From Mobula hypostoma (lineage: Eukaryota), in the NCBI RefSeq assembly GCF_963921235.1, contig NC_086097.1:89716001-89780000 (forward strand): a stretch of DNA of 64,000 bases. The letters run 5' to 3'. Shown piece after piece: positions 60,739 through 64,000 of this stretch (positions are counted from its first letter, which is position 1; the number at the start of each line of letters is the position of its first letter). Position numbers and translations under genes: made by a program. The notes under the pieces were generated by a model. The model ran no database searches. It was not told the DNA's origin and was given only the letters and a program-made list of their open reading frames with translations.

Positions 60739-61759
60739 CATATTCACCTGAGCAAATACACGTGATTGTTAAAGTACAGCAAAATCTTTGGCTCCCAGCA
60801 TTGGCTACTAATGGCTGCTTTTTCTAATTATCTCTTTCAGTTTTGTCTTGTAATCGCCACACAGATGATATCAGGTTTAGGTGTTGCCCTGTCACTAGAA
60901 CTCCATTTCATTCTGCCTTTGCTAGCCACTCTGCCACCTGACTATACAACTGACTATAAATATCATCATTGTAAGGAATAATACCAATTAAAGTATCTTT
61001 GAAGATTTCTGCATATTTCCCCAACAGTCCGTTTAAGTGTGATTTTGAAGCATCTGTAAGGTAGTTCTGTGTATGTGTTAGATATATGCATAAAATGTAT
61101 ACTGTAAGTGTATAAAATGTGTAACTATATTGTGTTTAAAAAGGAAACCATATAATTCACGTTGATTTAAGTTTACCTTAACTTATGCATTTCCTCATCT
61201 TGTAATGTACTGTTCTGCTGCTGCAAACAGCTAAACGTCATGGCAACCAGTTAGTCTGGGCAGCCATTTTGTTCTCCACATCTGAATCTGCTCATTGCAA
61301 TACCGATGATGTCATACCAGAATATACGCAGTTTCTTGCTTCTTCAGTTCCCATGTAATGTAATGGCTGCCCGTCTGACCCAATAGGTTCACCACAACAC
61401 CTTTCTTGATGCACTTCTCAAACCACTGTACTACTCAAGGGCTCTCTTACACCTGGTGTTACTATGTTAGCTGTACTGCATTGGCTTCACTCTTCTCTGG
61501 GAGAATTGTGCCTGTCCTTGCCCAAAGTACTTGCTCAGGATCATCGCCCATCTCCACGCAAGCATTGAACAGGGCCCCGCCCATGTCCACATTTGCTAGT
61601 CATCAGTCAGAATTAACTTCTGCCATGTCCACAAGGTTATTGACGTCACTGTGTTCACCAACACTTTTGGTTACAGGAAGCCTTCTTGCTTCACCTGTGG
61701 TCCTTACATCCTTGTCGCCATTTCATAGAGCACAGCTGATCCTTGTGGATTAATGCACA

Positions 61760-62690
61760 GGGTGTACAATGGGGATCAGTGCTGGGATTCTTATTGTTCG
61801 TAGATGATGTGAAAATCACGTCGAATCTTACTGCGCAGTGCCACATAAAAACCAGTAGTATTTTTGATAGAGAGGAGGATAGTGGTAGATCACAGGATGA
61901 CATGGGCTAGCTGTTAAGATGGAAAGAGAAATGGCAGACAGAAGTTAATGCTGATGAGTGTGAGATGACATATTGTAATGAGGGTGGAACAGGCAGGACG
62001 AATGAGGAAGCCTCAGAGTGTATTGAAAGGGACTTTGGAGTACAAGTCCAATGATCCCTAAAGAGAGCAACACAGGTAGATGAGGTACTGAAGAAAGCGT
62101 ATGGGATACCTGCCTCCATCAGGTAGTTATAGTGTTATAGTGCGGCTATATAAAACATGGGTTAGGCCATGATGGAGCATTATGTACTCCTTAGATAACC
62201 ACTTCACAGGAAGGACACGATTGCTCTGAGGAGGGTGCATTCTCCAAATGAAGTATCTCAAACCAAAGTGCGGACTGTTCATTTCTCCCAACACATGCTG
62301 CCCGACATGCTGAGTTCCTCCAGTACCTTGTTGGCTACATGCAGAGGAGGTACAGCAGAATGGTGCCTTGGATCGAGCAGCTCATTATGAGCAAAGGCTG
62401 GAGAGTCTTGCTACTTACTCTGCAAAAGAGGAGCCTAAGAGGGGTTGGGGAGTGACAGTGGGGGGATATACGAAACAATGAGAGGCAGAGATGGGGTATA
62501 GTAGGCAAGATGAAGTTTCAAAAACCAGAGGTCACAGGTTTAGTTAGAATAAGGGAGAAGAGATGTAAAGGGAATCTGGGCAAGAGGTTTCCCACCTAGA
62601 GGGAGGGTGAGTCCGGAATGCACTGACTGAGTGAGTGCTGGGGGCAGGTACAGTTTATTCCGCTCTCTCTATTAAAAAGTGCTTTGACTC
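61760..62690 (+). mobile_element. Highly decayed CR1 with a nested Penelope end (~62260-62330)
   Basis: GVQWGSVLG, EKWQTEVNADECE, RDFGVQV remnants. Confidence 0.7.
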
Positions 62691-63809
62691 AAACATCTTA
62701 CATCATACATTTACATACACTGCACTCAGTTACCTGTACTCTACCTTGCCCCTCCTCTTCCTTGAATTCCTTCCAAGCTTCTCGCTGTCCTTTGAACTTT
62801 ACTCATCAATCTCCCTTCATTATATTTCCTCCTTTCTTCATTCTCCCATTCGCTTCCTCCCTCCTTCTATTTCTCCATCCCCACACACTCTTTCTCCTTT
62901 CATCACACCCTGCCTTCCCCCAATCCATATCTCAATCACACTCGAAATTTCTTACTCTATGAAGTTCTATCTTACTTCATTTTCCAGCAAACTGCAAAGC
63001 ACTGGAATGATGTTCCTAGCTGCCTGGTGAGGGGGTTTAACCAAGATACATATTGGAAAGCCTCCTTTCCATATGTTGATAACCAAAACATTATTCCCAA
63101 CAAAAGGAAATAATTAAAACATGTGTAAAGGGATGCTCATGAGAAGTTCAGAAAGGCCCTAAGTATAACAATGGTCCAGATTTTAATGGGTCTTGAATGG
63201 CCTCCAAGAAATTTTACATTGCCAGTTTGAACCTTGAATGGCTGCCCAACTGTCCTTTACCACAACCAGATCTTGACGTTTCAATCTCCTGCTTGAACAC
63301 ATGTGATTTAGATCTCTCAGCAACCTGTCATTGGATCTAAATCCTGGAACACAGCCACACAGGGAGCACCTCAAGGACTGTGGCGGTTCAAGAAGGGGGT
63401 TCTCAGTGATCATCAGGGATGTGTAATAAATACTGGCCTTGACAGAGATGCTCAGATACACAACTCCCCCCCACAAAAAAAAAACAAACAAAAAATCCAC
63501 ACCCTGACCAAGAGCTCTCCCAGCACAACCCACTGATGTAATTAATGGTGTATGGAGAATGGAAGGATGACCAGAGTCTGAGCGTCAGGCATACAGTGTC
63601 CAATAATCTCTGAAACAAAGCTGGCATGAACTTGATCTCATAATGTAAAAGGTTTTCCTTCTAGTCTCCCTCACTTTTTCCCCTCCCATTCTCTTTCTAA
63701 TCTTCCGTTTTCCACTGCTTCACCTCAATAGCTATCAAGCTCTCTACCTCTCTTCCTCACCTCTCATTTTCTCCCTTCCTTCACTTCCTCTTTCGTTCCC
63801 TCCCCCACT

Positions 63810-64000
63810 TTTAGCTACCTTGGAGTACAAGCATGTTTCCCTGAAAGGGGAGTCACAAGTAGACAGGGTGGTGAAGAAGGCTTTCATAAATCAGAGCTAT
63901 GGGTATAAATGTTGGGAGGTCATATGGTGCAGTTGTACAGGAGGCTGGTGATGCCACACTCAGAACATTGAGTTCAGTTTTGGTTGACCTGCTAAAGGAA
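63810..64000 (+). mobile_element. CR1 fragment running off the window end
   Basis: LGVQ..SQVDRVVKKA..LYRRLVMPHSEH*VQFW. Confidence 0.75.

Overview
Repeat-dominated eukaryotic genomic DNA with no intact host protein-coding gene that I can support. The repeat mix (CR1 and Rex1/Babar LINEs, HE1/V-type SINEs, Penelope ends, Tc1/mariner derivatives) points to a cartilaginous fish, probably a ray; this is inference from repeat content. Main contents: a decayed Ty3/Gypsy provirus with its 3' LTR (1-5070) carrying nested insertions, a Tc1 relic, two solo LTRs with target-site duplications (TSDs), many CR1 and Rex fragments, several short non-autonomous retroelement and MITE families, and a decayed endogenous retrovirus (~54.2-56.7 kb) with class III (ERV-L-like) pol and a gamma-type env. 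The strongest non-obvious signals are self-cleaving RNA motifs inside retroelements. There is an HDV-like ribozyme whose P3/L3 core matches the genomic HDV ribozyme (13953-14129, minus). A second HDV/CPEB3-like fold starts at the first base of a TSD-flanked RTE-type element (35448). An intact minimal type-I hammerhead lies in a Penelope 3' end (32426-32463), with related palindromic mini-elements elsewhere. Family names come from motif recognition only; boundaries without a stated TSD are approximate.
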